A DNA stretch of 64,000 bases, from positions 2,308 to 66,307 of the forward strand of contig JALOQJ010000006.1 of assembly GCA_025453445.1 (NCBI GenBank), in the 5' to 3' direction. The stretch is from Candidatus Omnitrophota bacterium. Its GTDB lineage: Bacteria; Omnitrophota; Gorgyraeia; Gygaellales; Profunditerraquicolaceae. Below are positions 17,365 through 27,037 of this stretch, piece after piece. Both the position numbers and the translations under genes were made by a program. The notes beneath the pieces are model-generated. The model was not told where the DNA came from, ran no database searches, and saw nothing but the letters and a program-made list of their open reading frames with translations. Every line of letters starts with the position of its first letter. Positions within the stretch are counted from its first letter, which is position 1.

Positions 17365-19197
17365 GTGGAGGTCGCCAAAGACACGACGATTTTGAATGCG
17401 GCTATTTCTGCAGGAGTCTATATTAAGTCTGCCTGCGGCGGGGATGGGGTATGCGGGCAATGTAAGGTCATTTTAAAAAAAGGAAAGGTTGCGGTTCAGC
17501 CGGCTGGCAGGTTGAGCCCGGAAGAAAAACAAGCAGGAATTCACTTGGCTTGCTTAAGTGAAGTGCATGGAGATTTGGAAGTAGAGATTCCCCCAGAATC
17601 AAAATTGGATTTTGAAAAACTTACTACAGATGCTTATTCAGCAGCAGAAGAAATCGAACCTCCGGCATCAATAATAAAAGAAGGGATTTTTAAACACTCA
17701 CCCCTGGCAACTAAAATTTACCTGGAGCTACCTCAGCCAAACCTTAATGATAAAATTAGTGATTTAGAAAGGCTTTACCGGCAGCTTGCAAAAATAAAAG
17801 TACCGATTTCGCAGATAAGTTTAAGCAATATTAAACGGCTGGGAGAATTACTGCGCGATTCAGACTGGAAAGTAACTGCTACTTTAGCAAAGAAGGATGG
17901 CGTTACGGAAATCGTCCATCTTGAATCAGCTGATACCTCAGGAAAAAATTTCGGGATGTGCTTTGATATCGGCACAACTACAATTTCCGCGCAATTAGTA
18001 GATTTAAATTCAAAACATACTTTAGGCGCAAAAGCCGCTTATAATAAACAGGCTAGTTTTGGCAGCGATGTGATTACGCGGATTATTTATGCCCGGGAAA
18101 AAGACGGATTGGAAAAATTACACAATGCTGTAGCTGAAGAAATGAACAGAATGATCCAGGAATTAATTAAAGAACATAATATTGATTTAAATGACGTAAA
18201 TTGCGTTGTCTGCGCCGGCAATACAACGATGATACAGCTGCTTTTAGAAATAGACCCCAGCTATATCAGAAAAGAGCCCTATGTACCTACTGCTAACTTT
18301 TTACCGGTAATCCGCGCCTCAGAAGTAGAAATAAATATTAACCCCCGCGGCCTGCTTTTCTGCGTTCCGGGAGTTTCCAGCTACGTTGGGGGCGATGTCA
18401 GCGCCGGGGTTTTATCATGCGGGCTAAACAAAGCTAAAAATTTAAGCCTCTTGATTGATATAGGCACAAACGGTGAAATAGTTTTAGGCAATAAGGACTT
18501 TTTAGTGGCATCTGCTGCTTCAGCAGGCCCGGCATTTGAGGGTTCAGGCTTAAGCTGCGGTATGCGCGCATCAGCAGGAGCAATAGAAAAAGTTAAAATT
18601 AATCCGAAAAACTTCTCCGTTGAATATAAAACAATTGGCAGTGCCCGCGCCCGCGGCATCTGCGGCTCAGGCTACATCGATATTATTTCAGAAATGCTGC
18701 GCACGGGATTGATAGATAAGCTTGGCAGGATGAAATCCGGATACAACAAAGAATTCATTATTGTTAAAAAAGAAGAGGCGGATTCTTCAGCTGATATTAT
18801 TATCAGCGAAGCGGATATCGAAAATATTAAACGCGCCAAAGCAGCGATTTATTCGGCAGCATCAGCGTTAATTCGGCATATGGGTTTCGATTTTAAAGAT
18901 CTTAAAAAAATATTTATTGCCGGCGGGTTTGGTACTTCTATTGATATAGAAAAGGCAATTACCATAGGGCTTTTGCCGGGATTAAATAAATCACGTTTTG
19001 TTTTTGTCGGTAATAGCTCGCTTGCCGGAGCCCGGCAGATACTTTTATCAGAAGAAGCAATGGAAAAAGCTGAAAAAATCGCCAAAAAAATTACTTATTT
19101 GGAATTATCAGTGGAGCCATCATATATGGACGAATATATGGCAGCTTTATTTTTTCCGCATACTGATTTAAACAGGTTTCCTTCAATTAGGCATTAA
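17365..19197 (+). CDS. corrinoid activation/regeneration protein (RACo-like): N-terminal [2Fe-2S] ferredoxin domain + ASKHA-type ATPase domain
   Basis: CGGDGVCGQCKV 2Fe-2S motif; ~600 aa; position in acs cluster. Annotated GTG start at 17365, but an upstream in-frame KVTFYPDNKT (17335-17364) suggests a different real start. Confidence 0.8.
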   Translation: MEVAKDTTILNAAISAGVYIKSACGGDGVCGQCKVILKKGKVAVQPAGRLSPEEKQAGIHLACLSEVHGDLEVEIPPESKLDFEKLTTDAYSAAEEIEPPASIIKEGIFKHSPLATKIYLELPQPNLNDKISDLERLYRQLAKIKVPISQISLSNIKRLGELLRDSDWKVTATLAKKDGVTEIVHLESADTSGKNFGMCFDIGTTTISAQLVDLNSKHTLGAKAAYNKQASFGSDVITRIIYAREKDGLEKLHNAVAEEMNRMIQELIKEHNIDLNDVNCVVCAGNTTMIQLLLEIDPSYIRKEPYVPTANFLPVIRASEVEININPRGLLFCVPGVSSYVGGDVSAGVLSCGLNKAKNLSLLIDIGTNGEIVLGNKDFLVASAASAGPAFEGSGLSCGMRASAGAIEKVKINPKNFSVEYKTIGSARARGICGSGYIDIISEMLRTGLIDKLGRMKSGYNKEFIIVKKEEADSSADIIISEADIENIKRAKAAIYSAASALIRHMGFDFKDLKKIFIAGGFGTSIDIEKAITIGLLPGLNKSRFVFVGNSSLAGARQILLSEEAMEKAEKIAKKITYLELSVEPSYMDEYMAALFFPHTDLNRFPSIRH

Positions 19198-19200
19198 GTT

Positions 19201-19947
19201 ATGGGACATGTAATTTTAGTAGCAGGAAAGGGCGGCACAGGAAAAACTACGATTAGCGCGTTGTTAGTCAGGCTGCTGAAAGAAAAAAAAGTTGGTTCTG
19301 TTTTAGCAGTAGATGCCGATCCGAACAGTAACCTGGCGGAAACTCTTGGGTTCAGCCCAAAAGAAACCATTGGTTCTATCTTAAATGATATCTCAACGCA
19401 TCCGGAGCATATCCCAACGAGCATGCCTAAAGACAGGTTTATTGAATATCGGGTACAATCGGTAATTCAGGAGGAAGAGGGTTTTGATTTATTAACTATG
19501 GGCAGGCCAGAAGGCCCAGGCTGCTATTGTTATGTTAACACGGTATTAAGGAATGTTATGGAAAAATTAGTCAACGATTATGATTATATCATTATCGATA
19601 ATGAGGCAGGACTGGAGCACCTTTCACGCAAGATTACCCGTTCAGCCGAGGCATTGGTTGTAGTCACTCAAGACACAAACGTTAGTTTAAAAGCAGCAGC
19701 GAGAATCCGCGGCATTGCTAAAGAGCTTGATATTAGAACTAAAAAAAATCTTTTGATTATTAATCGTACGGATAAGAATATCGAACAGGAGAAAATAAAA
19801 CATTTAGATCTGGATTATGCAGGTTATGTGCCTGAAGACGAAGAAATTACTAAAATGAGCTTCGACGGCAATTCTTTGCTTAAACTAAATAGCCAGGCAA
19901 TCAGCATCGATGCTTTACGCAAAATAGGAGAAAAAATATGGAGTTGA
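19201..19947 (+). CDS. cooC: CO dehydrogenase/acetyl-CoA synthase nickel-insertion accessory ATPase (CooC/AcsF family)
   Basis: Walker A VAGKGGTGKTTISALL; MinD/ParA-like fold; in acs cluster. Confidence 0.8.
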   Translation: MGHVILVAGKGGTGKTTISALLVRLLKEKKVGSVLAVDADPNSNLAETLGFSPKETIGSILNDISTHPEHIPTSMPKDRFIEYRVQSVIQEEEGFDLLTMGRPEGPGCYCYVNTVLRNVMEKLVNDYDYIIIDNEAGLEHLSRKITRSAEALVVVTQDTNVSLKAAARIRGIAKELDIRTKKNLLIINRTDKNIEQEKIKHLDLDYAGYVPEDEEITKMSFDGNSLLKLNSQAISIDALRKIGEKIWS

Positions 19948-20843
19948 TGTTTGAAAAATGGGCAGGCGCTGTTTCTGTATTAAATATTGGAGCAACTAAA
20001 GAAGAGGGCGGCACGCGCGCGAAAACGATTCAAATCGGCGGAGAAAAAACACTGCCGTTTTTATTTGCCGAGGGCGCCTTGCCGCATAAACCAGTGATTG
20101 CTTTTGAAATCTGGGATGTTCCGCCTCAAGACTGGCCGGGAGAGAAAGATGTTTTGTCCTGGGCTGAAATTTGCGCCAAGGATTACGGCGCAGAATTGCT
20201 TTGCCTGCGTTTACAGGGATCTCACCCTGATTTTGGCAATAAAAGCGCTGCTGATCAGGCAAAGTTAGTGGTACAACTATTAAAAAAGGTTTCTCTGCCT
20301 CTGGTAATTTTAGGTTGTGGTGATGATACAAAAGACAATCTGGTCCTGCCTGCATGTTGTGAGGCAGCCCGTGGCGAACGCTGTTTAATTGGCAGCGCCA
20401 CGCAGGATAGTTATAAAACTTTAACCGCCGCTGTTCTAGCAGACGGGCACAATATTATTGCCGAATCCCCGATTGATATTAACATTGCCAAGCAGCTGAA
20501 TATTCTCATCTCTGATATGGGCCTAGCCTTGGAACGTATTGCTGTTAATCCAACCATTGGTGCTCTGGGCTACGGACTAGAATATGCTTATTCCATCATG
20601 GAACGCGCACGGCTGGCAGGGCTTTCCGGAGACAAAACCTTGGCTTGCCCTTTTATTTGTTTTGTCGGACAGGAAGCCTGGAGAGCGAAAGAAGCAAAAG
20701 AAGCCGGAATAGAACAGGGAATTCTCTGGGAAGCAATTACTGCTACGGCTTTAATTCAGGCTGGTGCAGATTTATTGGTTATGCGTCATCCTAAGGCGAT
20801 CGAAAAAGTAAAAAAATATATCGGAGGACTATTTAGGAGCTAA
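19938..20843 (+). CDS. acsD: corrinoid iron-sulfur protein small subunit (acetyl-CoA decarbonylase/synthase delta subunit)
   Basis: ~300 aa CdhD/AcsD-like TIM-barrel protein between cooC and acsE. Confidence 0.75.
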   Translation: MELMFEKWAGAVSVLNIGATKEEGGTRAKTIQIGGEKTLPFLFAEGALPHKPVIAFEIWDVPPQDWPGEKDVLSWAEICAKDYGAELLCLRLQGSHPDFGNKSAADQAKLVVQLLKKVSLPLVILGCGDDTKDNLVLPACCEAARGERCLIGSATQDSYKTLTAAVLADGHNIIAESPIDINIAKQLNILISDMGLALERIAVNPTIGALGYGLEYAYSIMERARLAGLSGDKTLACPFICFVGQEAWRAKEAKEAGIEQGILWEAITATALIQAGADLLVMRHPKAIEKVKKYIGGLFRS

Positions 20844-20845
20844 AA

Positions 20846-21634
20846 ATGTTTATTATCGGTGAACTTATTAACGGTATGTACGCTAATATCGGCAGGGCAA
20901 TTAAAGAAAAAAACAAAGCAATTGTCCAAAAGTGTGCCCTAGAACAGGTAAATTCCGGCGCAGATGCTTTGGATGTTAACTGCGGCCCGGCTTCGCATAA
21001 TCCACTAAGCGATATACAATGGTTGATTGAAACTATCCAGGAAGTAACTGATAAACCTCTGGCTTTAGATTCCAGTAAAATAGAGGTAATCGAATCGGGC
21101 TTGAAGGTTATAAAAAATAAACCGATTATCAACTCTACTACTGCTGATAGCCAAAAATTGGAAAAGCTTATTCCTTTGGCAAAAAAATATCAGGCTAAAT
21201 TAATCGGCCTGACAATCAGTTCTAAAGGCATACCGCAGAACAAAGACCAGAGGCTAGAGCTGGCAGCTTTGATAATTGCCGCTTGCATTGATCATGATTT
21301 TTCCGTAGAAGATCTTTATCTTGATCCGATAGTCCTACCGGTTAACGTTGCTCAGGCACAGATGAAAGATATTCTGGAATCAATTAAAGAATTTAAAATT
21401 ATTTCTGAACCCTGCCCGAAAACTATTGTTGGTTTAAGCAATGTTTCCCAGGGGACAAATACCCGCAGCCTGATTAACCGCACATTTTTGGTGATGGCTA
21501 TTGCCAACGGCCTAGATGCGGCGATATTAGATCCTCTTGATTCAGAATTGATTGATGCTGCAATTACCGCGGATTTAATCCTGAATAAACAAATATACTG
21601 CAATTCTTATTTGCAGGCATACAGAAAGAAGTAA
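20846..21634 (+). CDS. acsE: methyltetrahydrofolate:corrinoid iron-sulfur protein methyltransferase (pterin-binding)
   Basis: 262 aa; pterin-binding (DHPS-like) fold; MFIIGELINGM...ALDVNCGP N-terminus typical of AcsE. Confidence 0.8.
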   Translation: MFIIGELINGMYANIGRAIKEKNKAIVQKCALEQVNSGADALDVNCGPASHNPLSDIQWLIETIQEVTDKPLALDSSKIEVIESGLKVIKNKPIINSTTADSQKLEKLIPLAKKYQAKLIGLTISSKGIPQNKDQRLELAALIIAACIDHDFSVEDLYLDPIVLPVNVAQAQMKDILESIKEFKIISEPCPKTIVGLSNVSQGTNTRSLINRTFLVMAIANGLDAAILDPLDSELIDAAITADLILNKQIYCNSYLQAYRKK

Positions 21635-21635
21635 A

Positions 21636-22025
21636 ATGGCACACAACAAACTGATTAGGCGCATATTGGGTTTACGTGGATTCTGGGAAAGCCTGAAGTT
21701 TGCATTAAGAGGCATGCTTTACCTCTTTGCTTATCACCGTAATATGCGGATTATTTTCACTACCGGGATAATCGTATTTTTTATCGGTTTGTTTATCATT
21801 AAATTATCCGGCCTTGAATTGGCAGTTTTGTGTATTACGATTACAGTTGTTTTTATCGCAGAGATATTCAATACGGCTATCGAGCTGGTCCTCGATATGA
21901 CGCAAAATAAATACCATACTCTGATAAAACTGATTAAAGATATTGCTGCGGGAGTAGTCTTAATTGCCTCTTTAAACGCGCTTGCCGTGGGCCTGATCCT
22001 TTTTATAAAAAAATTACTAGTTTAA
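21636..22025 (+). CDS. dgkA: diacylglycerol kinase / undecaprenol kinase family protein
   Basis: 129 aa, 3 TM; IAEIFNTAIELVLD motif typical of DgkA. Confidence 0.8.
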   Translation: MAHNKLIRRILGLRGFWESLKFALRGMLYLFAYHRNMRIIFTTGIIVFFIGLFIIKLSGLELAVLCITITVVFIAEIFNTAIELVLDMTQNKYHTLIKLIKDIAAGVVLIASLNALAVGLILFIKKLLV

Positions 22026-22031
22026 CTTTCC

Positions 22032-22646
22032 ATGCCTAAAAATATAATTATTGCCTTAACTGCCGGATTTATAATACTGGCATTAGCCTTTGCATCTGTT
22101 TTACGCTATTTTAACCGCCGGGACGCAGTCAGTTTGCGGCAAGCAAGACAGCTGGAACAAGAAAAAGAAGAAGCAGAATTTAATCAGGCTAAACTTTTGG
22201 AAGAGTTGAAAAAACAAAAATATGACGTAATCGCCTTTGAAAGTGCTTTGGCTACCGTGGAACTTCCGGCTTCCGAGAAATACGCTGATCAGGAAAAAAT
22301 AATGAAGCAGCTGAAAAGCGGCGAAGTATCCGTGTACGCCGCTTCTGATGCAATTAACGCGACTAAAATCCAGTGTGAAAAGGCCCAGAAAGAAATTATG
22401 TTTATCCGGGTCCCTGCGGCATTGCCAAAAACAACCCAGAAGCAGTTAGAGGAGGTAAAAACAGATATTGCCGCGGGCTACGCTAAAAAAACAGTGGCTT
22501 TAGATTATCTATTAAAATTTCTCGATGATGGTAAGCCGTTGTATGAGCGTAAATTTAACGAAAGCTTGAAAGATGCCCGTCAGTTTTCTACTAGCGCAGC
22601 GCTCAGCCTGTTGGAAGTAAAAAAGAAGGTAGGGTTTGAATTTTAA
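22032..22646 (+). CDS. membrane-anchored coiled-coil hypothetical protein
   Basis: N-terminal TM (IIIALTAGFIILALAFASVL) then charged/coiled-coil region; no known domain. Confidence 0.6.
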   Translation: MPKNIIIALTAGFIILALAFASVLRYFNRRDAVSLRQARQLEQEKEEAEFNQAKLLEELKKQKYDVIAFESALATVELPASEKYADQEKIMKQLKSGEVSVYAASDAINATKIQCEKAQKEIMFIRVPAALPKTTQKQLEEVKTDIAAGYAKKTVALDYLLKFLDDGKPLYERKFNESLKDARQFSTSAALSLLEVKKKVGFEF

Positions 22647-22679
22647 AAATATTGTGTTAAAATAAGCCTGCAATTATAT

Positions 22680-22756
22680 GGCGGAGTAGCTCAGCCTGAT
22701 AGAGCACGCGGCTCATACCCGCTTGGTCGGTGGTTTAAATCCACTCTCCGCCACCA
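22680..22756 (+). tRNA. tRNA-Met (anticodon CAT), elongator type, CCA encoded
   Basis: Cloverleaf: acceptor ggcggag/ctccgcc, D arm gctc..gagc, anticodon loop ctCATac, T arm ggtgg-tttaaat-ccact, 3' ACCA; G1-C72 paired; could alternatively be tRNA-Ile2 (lysidine). Confidence 0.85.
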
Positions 22757-22762
22757 ACTTTC

Positions 22763-24013
22763 CTATTTTAATCTACTCATGATTTTTAGGGTCAGGACAA
22801 GAATCCCCAATTCGATAGCTACGGTAGAAAAAGCAGCTCCCAGGTAAGAAAAAAGCCATACTGAATATAATAATACCGGAAGGCCAACCCATGCTGCTGC
22901 CACATGGATGCGTGAATAAATTTCGGATTTTCCACTCACTAACAAAAACTGAGTCCTAAAAGCATTAGCTACCACGAAGAATACCCCGACTATAAGAAAC
23001 CTTAAAGTAATTATCGTTTCGGGATAAGCTTTGCCACAAATAACGCGGACGATCAAAGGCGACAATAAAATAGCAATCGGCAGGGAAAACATGTAAGTTA
23101 CGGTAGTGGAGTGCTGCAGGCGGTACATTAATTTAAGCGAACGCTTTTTATTCTTATGAAAAATTTTGCTTAAACGCGGGTAAACTGCCTGTGTAAAAGC
23201 ATCTAAAGGGAATGATTGTATAACCCCGGCGATCTTTTCGGCAATAGCATAAAAGCCGGTCAGGGTATTGTTTGTTAAAAGGCCGACAATAAAAATCCGG
23301 GTTGTGGTATAGGTATTTATGGCAACCGTAGAAATAAAAATATTCCAGCCGGTTTTTAATTCTTCTTTAATATCTTTATAAGTCTGAAATACATACTCCA
23401 ACTTAAATTCCCTGAAAGCGATGCGCAGGCCGATAAAACCGGTAACCAGAAAAAATAGTGAATTAAAAAACGGTAGAAGCAGGTAATCTCCGGGGCCTTT
23501 GATAAAAACAAATACGGAAAGTGCATAAATTATGCCGCCGATAATGTTAATTGAAGCAGTATAAATCATTTTTTCTTTTCCTTGAAAAAACCAGGCAGGG
23601 AAAAGAGTATTACCAATGACTGCGCCAAAACTTAGAACAAAAATCAGCCATTCATTCCTGAAGCGGGGGATAAAATAAACTATTGCGGCCATAACCAGGA
23701 AACTTAGGGCAGCAAGTATGATCTTTACCGTCATTACCGAAGAGAAAATTGCGCAGGCTTTATCTTCAGCACATAGTGAAATTTTTCTTGTCGCAGAAAG
23801 GCTGAAACCATAATCTGTAATAATCATAAAATATTGCACGAATGACTGAGCAAAGGCAATCAGGCCGAATTTTTCCGGGCCGATTACCCTGATTAAATAA
23901 GGCAAAACCAGTATCGGCAGGATATAGTTTATGCCTTGCAGGGTAGAAAGGGAGAAAAAATTCTCCAAAACAATTTTTTTCTCAGCATGAGTTATAATTT
24001 TATGCTTAGCCAT
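22763..24013 (-). CDS. oligosaccharide/polysaccharide flippase (Wzx-like, MOP superfamily)
   Basis: 416 aa, ~12 TM helices, PST-family pattern. Confidence 0.75.
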   Translation of the reverse strand: MAKHKIITHAEKKIVLENFFSLSTLQGINYILPILVLPYLIRVIGPEKFGLIAFAQSFVQYFMIITDYGFSLSATRKISLCAEDKACAIFSSVMTVKIILAALSFLVMAAIVYFIPRFRNEWLIFVLSFGAVIGNTLFPAWFFQGKEKMIYTASINIIGGIIYALSVFVFIKGPGDYLLLPFFNSLFFLVTGFIGLRIAFREFKLEYVFQTYKDIKEELKTGWNIFISTVAINTYTTTRIFIVGLLTNNTLTGFYAIAEKIAGVIQSFPLDAFTQAVYPRLSKIFHKNKKRSLKLMYRLQHSTTVTYMFSLPIAILLSPLIVRVICGKAYPETIITLRFLIVGVFFVVANAFRTQFLLVSGKSEIYSRIHVAAAWVGLPVLLYSVWLFSYLGAAFSTVAIELGILVLTLKIMSRLK

Positions 24014-24118
24014 AAAATTAATTTACACTCGAAAATGCACGAAGTCAATATTTAAAATAACGTAAACAAATTTTGCTTTTAGCTTTACGCCCTGTGAATT
24101 AAGTGTTAAAATCTAACC

Positions 24119-25084
24119 ATGATTAGAGATAAAGTAAAAGGCACAATCGGCAAATATAAGCTGCTTTGTAAAAACGATAAAATCGTCATCGGCCTCTCCG
24201 GCGGGCCGGACTCAGTGGCGTTGTTATATTTATTAAACGGCCTAAAAAAAGAGTTTAAACTCCACCTGTATGCTGCGCATTTAGACCATGGCATCAGAAA
24301 AAGTTCAAAACGCGATGCTGAATTCAGCGCCTGTTTAGCAAACAAACTAAAAATTCCATTTTTTACAAGTAGAATTAATATAAAGGAGCTTGGAGGAAAA
24401 GGTTCGCTTGAAGAAATCTGCCGTAAAGCACGCCTGATTTTTTTATCCCAGATTGCCAAGGAGACCGGCGCTGATAAAATCGCATTAGGGCATAATCTCG
24501 ACGATCAGGCAGAAACCGTACTTATGCGTATCTTACGCGGCTCAGGGCTTTACGGCCTATCGGCGATACTGCCAAAAAGAACGATCAATGGCTTTGAAAT
24601 TATCAGGCCTTTAATTAATATTCAGCGTAAAGAAATAGAAAAGTACCTAAAAAAAATTAAGGTTAATCCGCAAATCGATAAAACAAACTCAAAGGATATT
24701 TACCTGCGCAACAAAATCAGGAATAAACTCATGCCGGTGCTGGAAAAGGAGTATAATTTAAATGTGAAAGTTGCCTTGAGCAACCTTGCGCAATCAAGTG
24801 CCTTAGATTACGATTATCTGGCCGCGCAAGCCAATCGAATCATGAAAAAAATAGGTAAAAAGATCGATCTGAAAAAATTCAGCCTGTTGCACTTGGCAAT
24901 GCAAAGAATGATCCTGCGCCGCCATATTGCCGAAATTAAAGGAGATACACGCAAAGTAGATTTTCAGCACATCAGAGAGATTGAGGAGTTGATTTCCAGC
25001 CGGCCATCAGGAGCTATTGTTGACCTGCCCAAAGGCGTATCTGCAGTAAAAAAGGGGAATTTCCTGTCTTTTTACAGAAGGTAA
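24119..25084 (+). CDS. tilS: tRNA(Ile)-lysidine synthetase
   Basis: PP-loop GLSGGPDSVALL; 321 aa. Confidence 0.9.
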   Translation: MIRDKVKGTIGKYKLLCKNDKIVIGLSGGPDSVALLYLLNGLKKEFKLHLYAAHLDHGIRKSSKRDAEFSACLANKLKIPFFTSRINIKELGGKGSLEEICRKARLIFLSQIAKETGADKIALGHNLDDQAETVLMRILRGSGLYGLSAILPKRTINGFEIIRPLINIQRKEIEKYLKKIKVNPQIDKTNSKDIYLRNKIRNKLMPVLEKEYNLNVKVALSNLAQSSALDYDYLAAQANRIMKKIGKKIDLKKFSLLHLAMQRMILRRHIAEIKGDTRKVDFQHIREIEELISSRPSGAIVDLPKGVSAVKKGNFLSFYRR

Positions 25085-25141
25085 ATTGTTTAATAAATCC
25101 TTGATTTTATAGCCACTTAAATATATAATATAAAATCTAAA

Positions 25142-27034
25142 TTGGAGAAAAAAATGCTAAATCAAAAGAACTTGAAAGCTAAGAAAAATAAGCTTTTCAA
25201 CCGCTCACCATGGGGTTGGATAGTGGTAATTTTCATTGTTTATCTTCTAGTAAGTTCACTGAATGTATCAGTTAATGGTGTGCCCAAAGAAATCACTTAC
25301 GGCAGTTTTTACCAGGTTTTGAAACATAATCCAGAAAAAATTATAGCCCTGACTAAGGTTGAAGTAGAACTTACCGGTGAGTTCAGTGAGCCAATAAAGA
25401 TTAATAACGAAAATATTAAATTATTCAAGGTGAATATCCCTGATAATGACCAGGAGTTGCTGGGGTTAATCAGGCAGAATGTAGCGAATTTTCAGGTTAA
25501 ACCTGCGCGTACCTTTTGGGCAGCCTTAATTTTTAACTTAGGCCCGATACTATTGTTAATTTTCTTCTGGTGGTTTATGGCTGCTAGAGGAGAACAATTG
25601 GGTAATCGAATCATGGGTTTTGGGAAAGCTAGGGCGGCAATCCATAGTGAAACAAACGAAAAGGTGACTTTTAATGACGTAGCAGGAGTAGATGAAGCTC
25701 GGGAAGAATTACAGGAGGTAATTGAATTTTTAAAGGACCCGAAAAAATTTCAGCGCTTAGGCGGTAAAATTCCCAAAGGAGTATTACTCGTCGGGCCTCC
25801 AGGCTGCGGTAAGACCCTGATTGCCCGGGCAGTTGCCGGAGAAGCGGGTGTACCGTTTTTTAGTATTTCGGGCTCGGATTTTGTCGAAATGTTCGTCGGC
25901 GTAGGCGCATCCCGCGTGCGTGATTTATTTGATCAGGGAAGAAAAGCCGGAAAAACTTCCGGAAAAGGCGCTATTATTTTTATTGATGAAATTGATGCTG
26001 TTGGCCGCTTGCGTTTTTCCGGTATTGGCGGAGGGCATGACGAAAGAGAGCAAACCCTAAACCAACTATTAGTAGAAATGGATGGTTTTGATACTGATCA
26101 GGGATTGATTTTAATTGCCGCTACTAACCGTCCGGACACGCTTGATCCGGCATTGTTAAGGCCGGGAAGATTTGACCGCACGATTATCGTTAATCTTCCG
26201 GATATTAAAGGCAGGGAAGAAATTCTTAAGGTACATACTCGTAAAATAAAACTTGCTGCTAATGTTGATTTAAAATCTATTGCCGCACAAACTCCGGGTT
26301 TTTCCGGTGCAGATCTGGCAAATCTCTGTAATGAAGCAGCTTTATTGGCTGCCCGGCATGGCAAGGAGGCGGTAGAATTGTTTGAATTTGAAAGGTCAGT
26401 GGAAAGAGTGCTGATGGGGCCGGAAAAAAAGAGCCACATTATATCTAAAAAAGAAAAAGAAATTACTAGCCTTCATGAATCCGGGCATGCACTTCTTTCG
26501 CTGCTGCTGCCGCAGGTAAATACTTTAAAAAAAGTTTCCATTATCCCCCGCGGTTTAGCTGGCGGCTATACCTTTACTCCGCCTGCTGAAGACAGGCATT
26601 ACTGGACAAAAAAAGAATTAATCGCTGAAATTACCCTGATGTTGGGCGGCAGAGCATCAGAAGAAATAAACCTGGATGAAGTTACTACTGGCGCGCAGAA
26701 CGACCTTGAAATGGCAACAGGCATGGCGCGGCGCATGGTTACCCAGTTTGGCATGTCAGAAAAAATAGGTAATGTTACTTTGGGCAAACGGGAAGGTTTA
26801 TTGTTCCTCGGCCGTGATATTATGGAGGAAAAAAATTACAGCGAACAAACCGCGCGCCTTATTGATGAAGAAATTAAACTTATCGTAGATAATGCCTATA
26901 CCCAGGCTAAAAATCTATTGCAGCAGAATTCAGAAAAACTAAAGGCCTTGTCCAATGCCCTTATTGAAAAAGAGGTCCTAAGCGGAGAAGAAGTTAAAAA
27001 ATTACTGGGGATAGAAAAACAAGACTTAGTTTAG
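25142..27034 (+). CDS. ftsH: ATP-dependent zinc metalloprotease FtsH
   Basis: AAA+ Walker [19 protein letters not shown] zinc motif; 630 aa. Confidence 0.95.
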   Translation: MEKKMLNQKNLKAKKNKLFNRSPWGWIVVIFIVYLLVSSLNVSVNGVPKEITYGSFYQVLKHNPEKIIALTKVEVELTGEFSEPIKINNENIKLFKVNIPDNDQELLGLIRQNVANFQVKPARTFWAALIFNLGPILLLIFFWWFMAARGEQLGNRIMGFGKARAAIHSETNEKVTFNDVAGVDEAREELQEVIEFLKDPKKFQRLGGKIPKGVLLVGPPGCGKTLIARAVAGEAGVPFFSISGSDFVEMFVGVGASRVRDLFDQGRKAGKTSGKGAIIFIDEIDAVGRLRFSGIGGGHDEREQTLNQLLVEMDGFDTDQGLILIAATNRPDTLDPALLRPGRFDRTIIVNLPDIKGREEILKVHTRKIKLAANVDLKSIAAQTPGFSGADLANLCNEAALLAARHGKEAVELFEFERSVERVLMGPEKKSHIISKKEKEITSLHESGHALLSLLLPQVNTLKKVSIIPRGLAGGYTFTPPAEDRHYWTKKELIAEITLMLGGRASEEINLDEVTTGAQNDLEMATGMARRMVTQFGMSEKIGNVTLGKREGLLFLGRDIMEEKNYSEQTARLIDEEIKLIVDNAYTQAKNLLQQNSEKLKALSNALIEKEVLSGEEVKKLLGIEKQDLV

Positions 27035-27037
27035 AGT

